Below are positions 1-10,000 of a DNA stretch of 64,000 bases, in pieces (the first letter of the stretch is position 1; each line of letters opens with the position of its first letter). Under the pieces are notes generated by a model, which was not told the origin of the DNA, searched no databases, and saw nothing but the letters and a program-made list of their open reading frames with translations. The stretch comes from Candidatus Poribacteria bacterium (lineage in GTDB: Bacteria; Poribacteria; WGA-4E; PCPOR2b), in NCBI GenBank assembly GCA_965198175.1, contig OZ240245.1:576001-640000 (forward strand), in the 5' to 3' direction. A program made the translations under genes and the position numbers.

Positions 1-665
1 GACCTCCTTCTGAGCACTCCAAACAACTGCTTTTCATAGAATGAAAGCTCATCTAATGGGAAGCGCACCTCGTGCAACTCTTCATAAAAGTCTTGGTCAA
101 TATATGCCCACACGCCATCCCATCTGCCGTAATCTCCAGGTTCTTTTGGCTGCGATAAATGAGATAGGATTCCTCCGCTTTTTCTGTATGCCCCCAAATT
201 TACTCTTGATAAATATGCATTAGCATAAATTAGCGTGTTGTCGGTTATCCAAAGCAGTCCATCATTGAGAATTTGTGTTGGTTCGCCGAGTTCGTCAACA
301 CTCCGTTTAACAATGTTCTTGGCTCCTCTCACTGGCTTATCGGTTATATAACCGGCAGCCCGAAGTCTATCATCCTTAAAGCAATAAACGATTTTGCACT
401 TAACATCACTAATCGAATGATTGAATATAACCACGTTTCCTTTTTTAAGGTGCATACGCTTGCCCTGTTCGGCAAGTATTACCCTGTCTTGGGAGAAGCC
501 CCATCTTGTCTTACGAAAATCGTATGGACTTGACTGCGACAAAGTTGACCCTAGATTGGCACAACCGATAAACAGAACAGAGAGGGCTACCGCAGTATTT
601 GTAAACACTAACAGTCGCTTACCTCCTTTCAACGTAAAATAAGCCAACCTCTTCTTGAATTTCAT
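1..665 (-). CDS. Putative lipoprotein, 3' end outside window
   Basis: Read manually: AGGAGG RBS, ATG at 665, MKFKKRLAYF...ALSVLFIGC (lipobox-like)...YDFRKTRWG. Frame stays open to position 1. Confidence 0.7.
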   Translation of the reverse strand, partial: MKFKKRLAYFTLKGGKRLLVFTNTAVALSVLFIGCANLGSTLSQSSPYDFRKTRWGFSQDRVILAEQGKRMHLKKGNVVIFNHSISDVKCKIVYCFKDDRLRAAGYITDKPVRGAKNIVKRSVDELGEPTQILNDGLLWITDNTLIYANAYLSRVNLGAYRKSGGILSHLSQPKEPGDYGRWDGVWAYIDQDFYEELHEVRFPLDELSFYEKQLFGVLRRR

Positions 666-963
666 CGTAAAATTCCTCCTTCTAACGACCAAAGTTCTGT
701 TTTGGTGGGTTGCCGAAAAACAACCCTGCTGTCAACGGAAACGGCTAGTCGTTGGCAGTCAACACACCGAGATGCATTATACAGAACTCTTTATGATCAA
801 ACACATTTAGAATACCAATTTACGGACTTCGTAGACAAATCTGGTTTGCATGAAAAGCGTGTCCCAATAATGGAGATTGGGAGATGACTCCTACCGTGGA
901 AGGGACATCCTCGCACGAAGCCTCTCCGACACCAAACCGGTGAGAAACCGAGTTTTTGTGGTG

Positions 964-3873
964 CTACTTGAGGATTACCATCCGTCGCAAGGCGGAATAC
1001 TCCCCCGCACGGAGTTCATAGACATAGACGCCGCTTGCGACCGATTCCCCGCGTTCGTTGGTGCCGTCCCAATACGCCGCACGGTTCCGTGCGGCGTAGA
1101 AGCCCGCAGACTGATGCCCCAGATCTAACCGGCGTACTAACACCCCTTTTGTGTCATAAACCGTGAGTCTCACATCGGCAGCCTGGGCGAGGTGATACGG
1201 TATCCAGGTCTCCGGATTAAACGGATTCGGGTAGTTGGGCAAAAGCACCGTGTCTTTCGGGGTCAACGCTGCCAAGAGATGTTCAAGAAAGATAATCCCC
1301 CTCTGCGAGGTTGCATCAGTAAGGTCTAGTTGCCGCGCGTGCGCCAGCCACTCGTGCACGTCCGCCGCCCGTAGGCGCGGCATCCCTGCCGCGATACGAT
1401 GCGCGGAGGGCGCAGTTGCCGCGTTCCCGAACGCAGCGGCAACCAACACCAAATCTTGAATGTTTACCACAGCATCTCCGTTGACATCGGCGTCATTCTG
1501 TCCTGTCTGCCCAAGGCTTGAACCAACGAGCACCAAATCTTGGATGTTGACGGCACCGTCACGGTTGACATCTCCGACTAATTGTGGCGGTTCAACCACT
1601 TGCCCGTCTTCAACGCGCGGTCGTGAAGCTGCCCCCGCGCTGTCAGAGAGGATGACATCGGATAAGACTAAGGTGGATGCCTTGACGGCGACCACTTCAA
1701 AGGTGAGTGTAGCGAGCGTGCCGTCACCGTTGCTTTCACCTGCCAGGGAAGTTGCGGCAAGCGTTACTGTATTCTCCGACACAACGGCGGGCACGGCAAA
1801 GGCGCCCTGTGGGAGGTAGTCGGCGTTATCGCTTGAGACGAAGCGGAGCGCGGCGGTATCGAAGGTGACGGTCGCCTGATAGCCGGCGACGTTTTCACCG
1901 TCCACGATGGTGAGCGGGAGCGTAAACAGCTCTCCGACGGTAGGCGATGGCACAGGGGAGGGCGACACGCTCACTGTGGCGTTCGTGCCGGCTGACGGGG
2001 TGAGTTCCCACAGGAGAATCGTGCCGTCGAAACTGCCACTAGCGGTGGTGCTGCCATCGGGACTGTACGCAACGCTCCAGACCGAATCCGTATGCCCTGT
2101 GAGCGTGCGGCGGTGTGTTCCGGTGTCGGCGTCCCAGAGGCGGATAGTATTGTCATCACTCCCGCTAGCGATAGTGCTGCCATCGGGACTGTACGCAACG
2201 CTTGAGACCTCAGACGTATGCCCTGTGAGTGTACGCCGGTGTTCTCCGGTATCGGCGTCCCAGAGGCGGACGGTACCGTCCCAACTCCCGCTAGCGATAG
2301 TGCGTCCATCGGGACTGTACGCGAGGCTTTCGACCGAACTCCAATGCCCTGTGAGCGTGCGGCGGTGTGTTCCCGTGTCGGCGTCCCAGAGGCGGACGGT
2401 ACCGTCCCGACTCCCACTAGCGATAGTTCGCCCGTCCGGGCTGAAGGCGAGGCTCCAGACCGAATCCGTATGCCCAGTGAGTGTGCGACGGTGTTCTCCC
2501 GAATCGGCGTCCCACAGGCGGATAGTATGGTCATGACGTCCCCAGTTGAACCCACCCCCACTAGCGATAGTGCTGCCATCGGGACTGTACGCAACGCTCC
2601 TGACCGAACCCGTATGCCCTGTGAGCGTGCGGCGGAGTGTTCCCGTGTCGATGTCCCAGAGGCGGACGGTATCGTGGTCGTAACCCCCACTAGCGATGGT
2701 GCTGCCATCGGGACTGTACGCGAGGCATGAGACCCCAAACGTATGTCCTGTGAGCGTGCGGCGGTGTGTTCCGGTGTCGGCGTCCCACATGCGGATTTCT
2801 CCCCAACTCCCACTAGCGATGGTGCTGCCATCGGGACTGTACGCAACGCTCCTGACCGAATCCTTATGCCCTGTGAGTGTACGGCGGTGTGTTCCCGTGT
2901 CGGCGTCCCAGAGGCGGATGGTATTGTCCCGACTCCCACTAGCGATGGTGCTGCCATCGGGACTGTATGCAACGCTCCTGACCAAATCCGTATGCCCAGT
3001 GAGTGTACGCCGATGTGTTTCCGTGTCGGTGTCCCAGAGGCGGATAGTGTCGGCGTCCCAGAGGCGGACGGTACCGTCGTCACTACCGCTAGCGATAGTG
3101 CTGCCATCGGGACTGTACGCGAGGCTTTCGACCGAACCCGTATGCCCTGTGAGCGTGCCGCGGTATGTTCCGGTGTCGGTGTCCCACAGCTGGATGTCGC
3201 CGCTCCTACTAGCGATGGCGCTGCCATCGGGACTGTACGCGAGGCTTTCGACCGAACTCCAATGCCCTGTGAGCGTGCGGCGGTGTGTTCCGGTGTCGGC
3301 GTCCCAGAGGCGGATAGTATTGTCATCACTCCCGCTAGCGATGGTGCTGCCATCGGGACTGTACGCAACGCTTGAGACCTCAGACGTATGCCCTGTGAGC
3401 GTGTGGCGGTGTGTTCCGGTGTCGGCGTCCCAGAGGCGGATAGTATTGTCATCACTCCCGCTAGCGATAGTGCTGCCATCGGGACTGTACGCAACGCTTG
3501 AGACCTCAGACGTATGCCCAGTGAGCGTGCGGCGGAGTGTTCCGGTGTCGGCGTCCCAGAGGCGGATAGTATTGTCATCACTCCCGCTAGCGATAGTGCT
3601 GCCATCGGGACTGTACGCGAGGCTTGAGACCGAATCGGTATGCCCTGTGAGCAGGGCGACTTCTTCACCGGTGGCTGCATCGTATATCCAAATCCCGATA
3701 CTGCCGGCGACCGCCAAGCGAGTGCCGTCCGGCGAATACGTTATTTCATGTATCGTGCCTTTGCCGAGCCGCGCTTTAGCACCCTCGGGTAAGTGCCACT
3801 GAAGGAAATCTTGGGCGAAGGTGTTGAGTGAAAACAGGGTGAAAAGAATTAGTAAGGTCAAGGTTGTTTTCAT
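964..3873 (-). CDS. Secreted WD40 protein (1+13 blades) + cohesin + dockerin + FlgD-Ig/T9SS-like CTD, paralogue A
   Basis: Signal peptide MKTTLTLLILFTLFSLNTFAQ (ATG 3873, the start used by the paralogues). 13 GH..WD units, cohesin-like 'ENVAGYQATVTFD', dockerin 'GDVNRDGAVNIQDL' x2, CTD 'LLPNYPNPFNPETWIPY'. Confidence 0.9.
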   Translation of the reverse strand: MKTTLTLLILFTLFSLNTFAQDFLQWHLPEGAKARLGKGTIHEITYSPDGTRLAVAGSIGIWIYDAATGEEVALLTGHTDSVSSLAYSPDGSTIASGSDDNTIRLWDADTGTLRRTLTGHTSEVSSVAYSPDGSTIASGSDDNTIRLWDADTGTHRHTLTGHTSEVSSVAYSPDGSTIASGSDDNTIRLWDADTGTHRRTLTGHWSSVESLAYSPDGSAIASRSGDIQLWDTDTGTYRGTLTGHTGSVESLAYSPDGSTIASGSDDGTVRLWDADTIRLWDTDTETHRRTLTGHTDLVRSVAYSPDGSTIASGSRDNTIRLWDADTGTHRRTLTGHKDSVRSVAYSPDGSTIASGSWGEIRMWDADTGTHRRTLTGHTFGVSCLAYSPDGSTIASGGYDHDTVRLWDIDTGTLRRTLTGHTGSVRSVAYSPDGSTIASGGGFNWGRHDHTIRLWDADSGEHRRTLTGHTDSVWSLAFSPDGRTIASGSRDGTVRLWDADTGTHRRTLTGHWSSVESLAYSPDGRTIASGSWDGTVRLWDADTGEHRRTLTGHTSEVSSVAYSPDGSTIASGSDDNTIRLWDADTGTHRRTLTGHTDSVWSVAYSPDGSTTASGSFDGTILLWELTPSAGTNATVSVSPSPVPSPTVGELFTLPLTIVDGENVAGYQATVTFDTAALRFVSSDNADYLPQGAFAVPAVVSENTVTLAATSLAGESNGDGTLATLTFEVVAVKASTLVLSDVILSDSAGAASRPRVEDGQVVEPPQLVGDVNRDGAVNIQDLVLVGSSLGQTGQNDADVNGDAVVNIQDLVLVAAAFGNAATAPSAHRIAAGMPRLRAADVHEWLAHARQLDLTDATSQRGIIFLEHLLAALTPKDTVLLPNYPNPFNPETWIPYHLAQAADVRLTVYDTKGVLVRRLDLGHQSAGFYAARNRAAYWDGTNERGESVASGVYVYELRAGEYSALRRMVILK

Positions 3874-4062
3874 GTAAAGTTTTCCCTTTTTGAAAGTTGA
3901 TTGCCATCTGGAACTGCAGTGGTCAGTGGCTAGTGCCCAGTGACCAGTAATTCGTGACCAGCACGTAGGTTGTGACTTCAGCAACCGATCAAGCGACTGG
4001 ACAAGGAGTGCGATAGAGTTCTCTTTTGAAGAAACTCGGTTTCTCACCTCAATAGTGTGGTG
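3874..4062 (-). repeat. Conserved intergenic spacer of the WD40 array (copies 6895-7084, 16687-16867; partial 21001-21132, 28796-28885)
   Basis: Near-identical ~190 bp made of an AGAAACCGAGTTTCTT palindrome arm, the 28-bp motif, heptamer repeats (GTGGTCA GTGGCTA GTGCCCA GTGACCA) and the leader/RBS. Confidence 0.9.
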
Positions 4063-6894
4063 CTACTTGAGGATTATCATCCGGCGTAACGCGGAATACT
4101 CCCCCGCACGGAGTTCATAGACATAGACGCCGCTTGCGACCGATTCCCCGCGTTCGTTGGTGCCGTCCCAATACGCCGCACGGTTCCGTGCGGTGTAGAA
4201 GCCCGCAGACTGATGCCCCAGATTTAACTGACGCACTACCGTGCCTTTCGCGTCATAAATCGTGAGTCTCACATCGGCAGCCTGGGCGAGGTGATACGGT
4301 ATCCAGGTCTCCGGATTAAACGGGTTCGGGTAGTTGGGCAAAAGCACCGTGTCTTTCGGCGTCAACGCCGCGAGGAGTTGTTCCAGCACGACAATCCCCC
4401 TCGCCATCGTGGCATCTTTAACCTGAAGCGACCGCGCATCGGCGAGCCACTGTTTCACGTCCGCCGCCCGTAGGCGCGGCATCCCTGCCGCGATACGATG
4501 CGCGGAGGGTGCAGTTGCCGCGTTCCCGAACGCAGCGGCAACCAACACCAAATCTTGAATGTTTACCACAGCATCTCCGTTGACATCGGCGTCATTCTGT
4601 CCTGTCTGCCCAAGGCTTGAACCAACGAGCACCAAATCTTGGATGTTGACGGCACCGTCACGGTTGACATCTCCGACTAATTGTGGCGGTTCAACCACTT
4701 GCCCGTTTTCAACCTGCGGTCGTGAAGCTGCCCCCGCGCTGTCAGAGAGAACCACGTGAGATAAGGTCAAGGTAGAGGCCTTGACGGCGACCACTTCAAA
4801 GGTGAGTGTAGCGAGCGTGCCGTCACCGTTGCTTTCTCCGGCGAGAGATGTTGCGGCAAGCGTTACTGTATTCCCCGACACAACGGCGGGCACGGCAAAG
4901 GCGCCCTGTGGGAGGTAGTCGGCGTTAGCGCTTGAGACGAAGCGGAGCGCGGCGGTATCGAAGGTGACGGTCGCCTGATAGCCGGCGACGTTTTCACCGT
5001 TAGTTATGTTGAGTGAGAGCGTGAGTTGGTCTCCAATTGCGGGCGATGGCACAGGTTCCGCCGAAAAGCGCACCGTGGCGGTGTTGGTAGGCGCGAGTTC
5101 CCACAGGAGCACTGTACCGTCCGAACTCCCACTAGCGATAGTTTGCCCGTTCGAGCTGAAGGCGACACTTCTGACCGAATCCGTATGCCCTGTGAGCGTG
5201 CGGAGGTGTGTTCCGGTGTCGGCGTCCCAGAGGCGGATGGTATCGTCGTCACTCCCACTAGCGATGGTGCTGCCATCGGGGCTGTACGCGAGGCTATAGA
5301 CCGAATCCGTATGCCCTGAAAGTGTACGCCGGTCGGCGTCCCAGAGGCGGATTTCTACCCAACTCCCACTAGCGAGAGTGCTGCCATCGGGGCTGTACGC
5401 GAGGCTGTTGACCCCACTTGTATGCCCTGTGAGTGTACGCCGGTGTTCTCCGGTATCGGCGTCCCAGAGGCGGATTTCTACCCAACTCCCACTAGCGAGA
5501 GTGCTGCCATCGGGGCTGTACGCGAGGCTATAGACCGAACTCGTATGTCCTGTGAGTGTACGCCGGTGTTCTCCCGAATCGGCGTCCCAGAGGCGGATTT
5601 TTCCCCCACTCCCACTAGCGATGGTGCTGCCATCGGGGCTGTACGCGAGGCTGTTGACCGAATCCGTATGCCCTGTGAGCGTGCGGCGGAGTGTTCCGGT
5701 GTCGGCGTCCCAGAGGCGGATTTCTCCCCCACTCCCACTAGCGATGGTGCTGCCATCGGGACTGTACGCGAGGCTATAGACCGAACTCGTATGCCCTGTG
5801 AGCGTGCGCCGGTGTTCTCCCGAATCGGCGTCCCACAGGTGGATTTCATTCCAACCCCCACTAGCGATGGTGCTGCCATCGGGACGGTACGCAACGCTCC
5901 TGACCGAATCCGTATGCCCTGTGAGTGTACGCCGGTGTTCTCCGGTATCGGCGTACCAGAGGCGGATTTCTCCCCCACTCCCACTAGCGATGGTGCTGCC
6001 ATCGGGACTGTACGCGAGGCTTGAGACCCAATGCGTATGTCCTGTGAGTGTACGCCGGTGTTCTCCCGAATCGGCGTCCCAGAGGCGGATTTCTACCCAA
6101 CTCCCACTAGCGATGGTGCTGCCATCGGGACTGTACGCGAGGCTATAGACAACCCACGTATGCCCTGTGAGTGTACGCCGGTGTTCTCCGGTATCGGCGT
6201 CCCAGAGGCGGACGGTCTCGTCCCGACTCCCGCTAGCGATAGTGCTGCCGTCGGGACTGTACGCGAGGCTTAAGACCGAATGCGTATGCCCTGTGAGTGT
6301 ACGCCGGTGTTCTCCGGTATCGGCGTCCCAGAGGCGGACGGTATCGTCCCAACTCCCACTAGCGATGGTGCTGCCATCGGGACTGTACGCAACGCTTGAG
6401 ACCTCAGACGTATGCCCTGTGAGCGTGCGGCGGTGTGTTCCGGTGTCGGCGTCCCAGAGGCGGATGGTATCGTCGTCACTCCCACTAGCGAGAGTTCGCC
6501 CGTTCGGGCTGAAGGCGACGCTTCTGACCGAATCCGTATGCCCTGTGAGTGTACGGCGGTGTTCTCCCGAATCGGCGTCCCAGAGGCGGATTTCTCCCGA
6601 TCCCCCACTAGCGATAGTGCGTCCATCGGGACTGTACGCGAGGATTTCGACCGAACCCGTATGCCCTGTGAGCAGGGCGAGTTCTTCACCGGTGGCTGCA
6701 TCGTATATCCAAATCCCGATACTACTAGCCACCGCAAGTCGAGTGCCGTCCGGCGAATACGTTATTTCTCGTATCGTGCCTTTGCCGAGCCGCGCTTTGA
6801 CACCATCGGGTAAGTGCCACTGAGGGGAATCTTGGGCGAAGGTGTTGAGTGAAAACAGGGTGAAAAGAATTAGTAAGGTCAAGGTTGTTTTCAT
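4063..6894 (-). CDS. Secreted WD40 + cohesin + dockerin + CTD protein, paralogue B
   Basis: Same architecture as A, 13 WD units, near-identical DNA in the constant parts. Confidence 0.9.
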   Translation of the reverse strand: MKTTLTLLILFTLFSLNTFAQDSPQWHLPDGVKARLGKGTIREITYSPDGTRLAVASSIGIWIYDAATGEELALLTGHTGSVEILAYSPDGRTIASGGSGEIRLWDADSGEHRRTLTGHTDSVRSVAFSPNGRTLASGSDDDTIRLWDADTGTHRRTLTGHTSEVSSVAYSPDGSTIASGSWDDTVRLWDADTGEHRRTLTGHTHSVLSLAYSPDGSTIASGSRDETVRLWDADTGEHRRTLTGHTWVVYSLAYSPDGSTIASGSWVEIRLWDADSGEHRRTLTGHTHWVSSLAYSPDGSTIASGSGGEIRLWYADTGEHRRTLTGHTDSVRSVAYRPDGSTIASGGWNEIHLWDADSGEHRRTLTGHTSSVYSLAYSPDGSTIASGSGGEIRLWDADTGTLRRTLTGHTDSVNSLAYSPDGSTIASGSGGKIRLWDADSGEHRRTLTGHTSSVYSLAYSPDGSTLASGSWVEIRLWDADTGEHRRTLTGHTSGVNSLAYSPDGSTLASGSWVEIRLWDADRRTLSGHTDSVYSLAYSPDGSTIASGSDDDTIRLWDADTGTHLRTLTGHTDSVRSVAFSSNGQTIASGSSDGTVLLWELAPTNTATVRFSAEPVPSPAIGDQLTLSLNITNGENVAGYQATVTFDTAALRFVSSANADYLPQGAFAVPAVVSGNTVTLAATSLAGESNGDGTLATLTFEVVAVKASTLTLSHVVLSDSAGAASRPQVENGQVVEPPQLVGDVNRDGAVNIQDLVLVGSSLGQTGQNDADVNGDAVVNIQDLVLVAAAFGNAATAPSAHRIAAGMPRLRAADVKQWLADARSLQVKDATMARGIVVLEQLLAALTPKDTVLLPNYPNPFNPETWIPYHLAQAADVRLTIYDAKGTVVRQLNLGHQSAGFYTARNRAAYWDGTNERGESVASGVYVYELRAGEYSALRRMIILK

Positions 6895-7084
6895 GTAAAG
6901 TTTTCCCTTTTTTGGTAATTGATTGCCATCTGGAACTGCAGTGGTCAGTGGCTAGTGCCCAGTGACCAGTAATTCGCGACCAGCACGTAGGTTGTGACTT
7001 CAGCAACCGATCAAGCGACTGGACAAGGAGTGCGATAGAGTTCTCTTTTGAAGAACCGCGGTTTCTCACCTCAATTTTGTGGTG

Positions 7085-10000
7085 CTACTTGAGGATTACC
7101 ATCCGCCGCAACGCGGAATACTCCCCCGCACGGAGTTCATAGACATAGACGCCGCTTGCGACCGTTTCCCCGCGTTCGTTGGTGCCGTCCCAATACGCCG
7201 CACGGTTCCGTGCGGTGTAGAAGCCCGCAGACTGATGCCCCAGATTTAACTGACGCACTACCGTGCCTTTCGTGTCATAAACCGTGAGTGTCACATCGGC
7301 AGCCTGGGCGAGGTGATACGGTATCCAGGTCTCCGGATTAAACGGATTCGGGTAGTTGGGCAAAAGCACCGTGTCTTTCGGGGTCAACGCTGCCAAGAGA
7401 TGTTCAAGAAAGATAATCCCCCTCTGCGAGGTTGCATCCGTAAGGTCTAGTTGCCGCGCGTGCGCCAGCCACTCGTGCACGTCCGCCGCCCGTAGGCGCG
7501 GCATCCCTGCCGCGATACGATGCGCGGAGGGCGCAGTTGCCGCGTTCCCGAACGCAGCGGCAACCAACACCAAATCTTGAATGTTTACCACAGCATCTCC
7601 GTTGACATCGGCGTCATTCTGTCCTGTCTGCCCAAGGCTTGAACCAACGAGCACCAAATCTTGGATGTTGACGGCACCGTCACGGTTGACATCTCCGACT
7701 AATTGTGGCGGTTCAACCACTTGCCCGTTTTCAACCTGCGGTCGTGAAGCTGCCCCCGCGCTGTCAGAGAGAACCACGTGAGATAAGGTCAAGGTAGAAG
7801 CTTTGACGGCGACCACTTCAAAGGTGAGTGTAGCGAGCGTGCCGTCACCGTTGCTTTCACCTGCCAGGGAAGTTGCGGCAAGCGTTACTGTATTCTCCGA
7901 CACAACGGCGGGCACGGCAAAGGCGCCCTGTGGGAGGTAGTCGGCGTTATCGCTTGAGACGAAGCGGAGCGCGGCGGTATCGAAGGTGACGGTCGCCTGA
8001 TAGCCGGCGACGTTTTCACCGTTAGTTATGTTGAGTGAGAGCGTGAGTTGGTCTCCAATTGCGGGCGATGGCACAGGGGAGGGCGACACGCTCACTGTGG
8101 CGTTCGTGTCGGATGATCGGATTCCTTCCGCATTAAAAGCCAGCGTCTGCTGAATCTCAGCGACGGAGACCTCGACGGTGTTCGTGCCTGCTCTGCTCCC
8201 AAGGGTAAGCGTGGTCTCTGCCCTGCCATCAGCGCCGGTCGTGACGGTTGTTGCACTGAGCGTTCCACCGCCGGCGGTGACAGCAAACGTAACGGCAATT
8301 CCTTCAAGCGCGGAACCGTCTTGGTCTGTGACTTTAACGATAAGCGGATTCGCTAATGTCGCACCGGGTGCCCCATGTTGGTCATCGCCTGAGATTTTCG
8401 CTAGCGTCGTAGGTATCGCGTCCTTCGGGGCAGGCAGAATGTCAGCCCTCCTGAAAGTAAATCCGCCGCGTGTGATGTTGCCATACACATCAATAACCTG
8501 AAGCGTGACTTCATTACTGTAGCGTATTGTCAATTCGGTTGTGATAAATTCAAAAGTGTTGCTTTCACCGTTTAATCGTTTGCAGCTAAGCAATTTGAGA
8601 AAGCCTGGGGCTTGATCTTCGGCAGTTGATGGCGTAAGCAACTGGGCTTGATGAAGTCCATCGGTATCGGTTATCTTAAAGCGTAGGCTAATGGCATTCG
8701 ATGGATATGCTAGTGGCGGAAGCATCTGAATCGTTGCCGGTTCGTTGAAGGCGATTTGGTTGGAGTTGAAAATTCGGTGCACATCCAACCATTCAGCGGC
8801 ACATTGTGACAATTGGGTTCGGTGTGACCCGTAAGACATAAGGTAGGCATCGTTGCGGAAATCGTGTCCCAATCCAAAAGTGTGCCCGAGTTCGTGGGCA
8901 GCTACATTAACGCCAAACGGTCCATCAAAACAATCGCCGGATGCGGGGATAAGTGCGGTGCCTCCCGCGGTTATACTATTTAATGCTCCGTCTCTAATCG
9001 ACCTGCCGCCGCCTCTGCCGCATACGTTTTCGTGTCCAATGCGTTCGCTGCTAACATCTGCGGCAATCAGATAGACGTGCTTTGATCTGTCAAACTGTTC
9101 AGAAATTTCTGCGGTGACTTTGTCATACGTGTTCGTATGATAATAGCGGTCACCGAACTTCCCGTCAACCCGGTGGACGCGGAGGGCGCTGTCCGCATCG
9201 GCTTCAAAGGTAAAGGTTTTTCTGCCGAATCCATTGATTTGCATCTGTTCCGCGAAGAATTGCTGTACGTCTCTTATCAACATATCCAGCTTTGTGTCTA
9301 TGTTATGCTGACGTGAGCGGCCTCTAGGGAGAAAGTAGATTAGCCGGATCATTTCTCGCTGTTGCCGTGTCTGTAAATGGGACTCAATATTCTGAACGCG
9401 GACGGTCCTATCATCGCCGCCGCTGGCGATGGCGGTTCCGTCAGGTGAGAAGGCGACTCCGTAGACCCAGCCGGTGTGTCCTGTCAGCGTAGCAATCTTT
9501 TCACCGTTTTCGACGGACCATAGGCTGACCGTTTCGTGACCCGTACTCGCAAGTACTTCCCCGTCGAGGGAGAAATCAACTGTATAGGCGGTTCCCCGAT
9601 TATGGAGCGTGCCGAGGAGTTCCCAATTTGCTACCGCCCACAACCTGATTTGCCCCTGATAACCTGCACTTGCCAGGGTTCGGCCATCTGGTGAGAATGC
9701 GACAGAATAAACTACGGTCGTATCCCCTTCTAGCTGAGTGATAGCTTGCCAGTTCTGGACATCCCAAACCTTCACGAGTCCGTTGATGTCGCCGGCGGCG
9801 AGTCGCTGTCCATCGCGTGAAAAGGCGACAGCATAAACCCACTGATCGTGTTCAAGCGTATCTATCCCGTTTTGATTGCTGACATCCCAAAGTTTCACGC
9901 CCCACCCCGCGGTGGCGAGCAGTTGCCCATCAGGCGAAAAGGCTACGGCTTTGATTTGGTACCGCGTGTGATCTACAACGTGTTCAAGCGTAACAATAGG

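Noticed and set aside
3874..4047. N-terminal ORF extensions of A and D, and ORF 6725-7069
   Set aside because: They are translations of the shared spacer; the common signal peptide marks the real start.
3874..4062. Integron attC sites between array genes
   Set aside because: No clear RYYYAAC...GTTRRRY box pair and no integrase in the window.
2000..6700. CRISPR-like periodicity
   Set aside because: The ~126-bp period is protein-coding WD40; there are no unique spacers and no cas genes.
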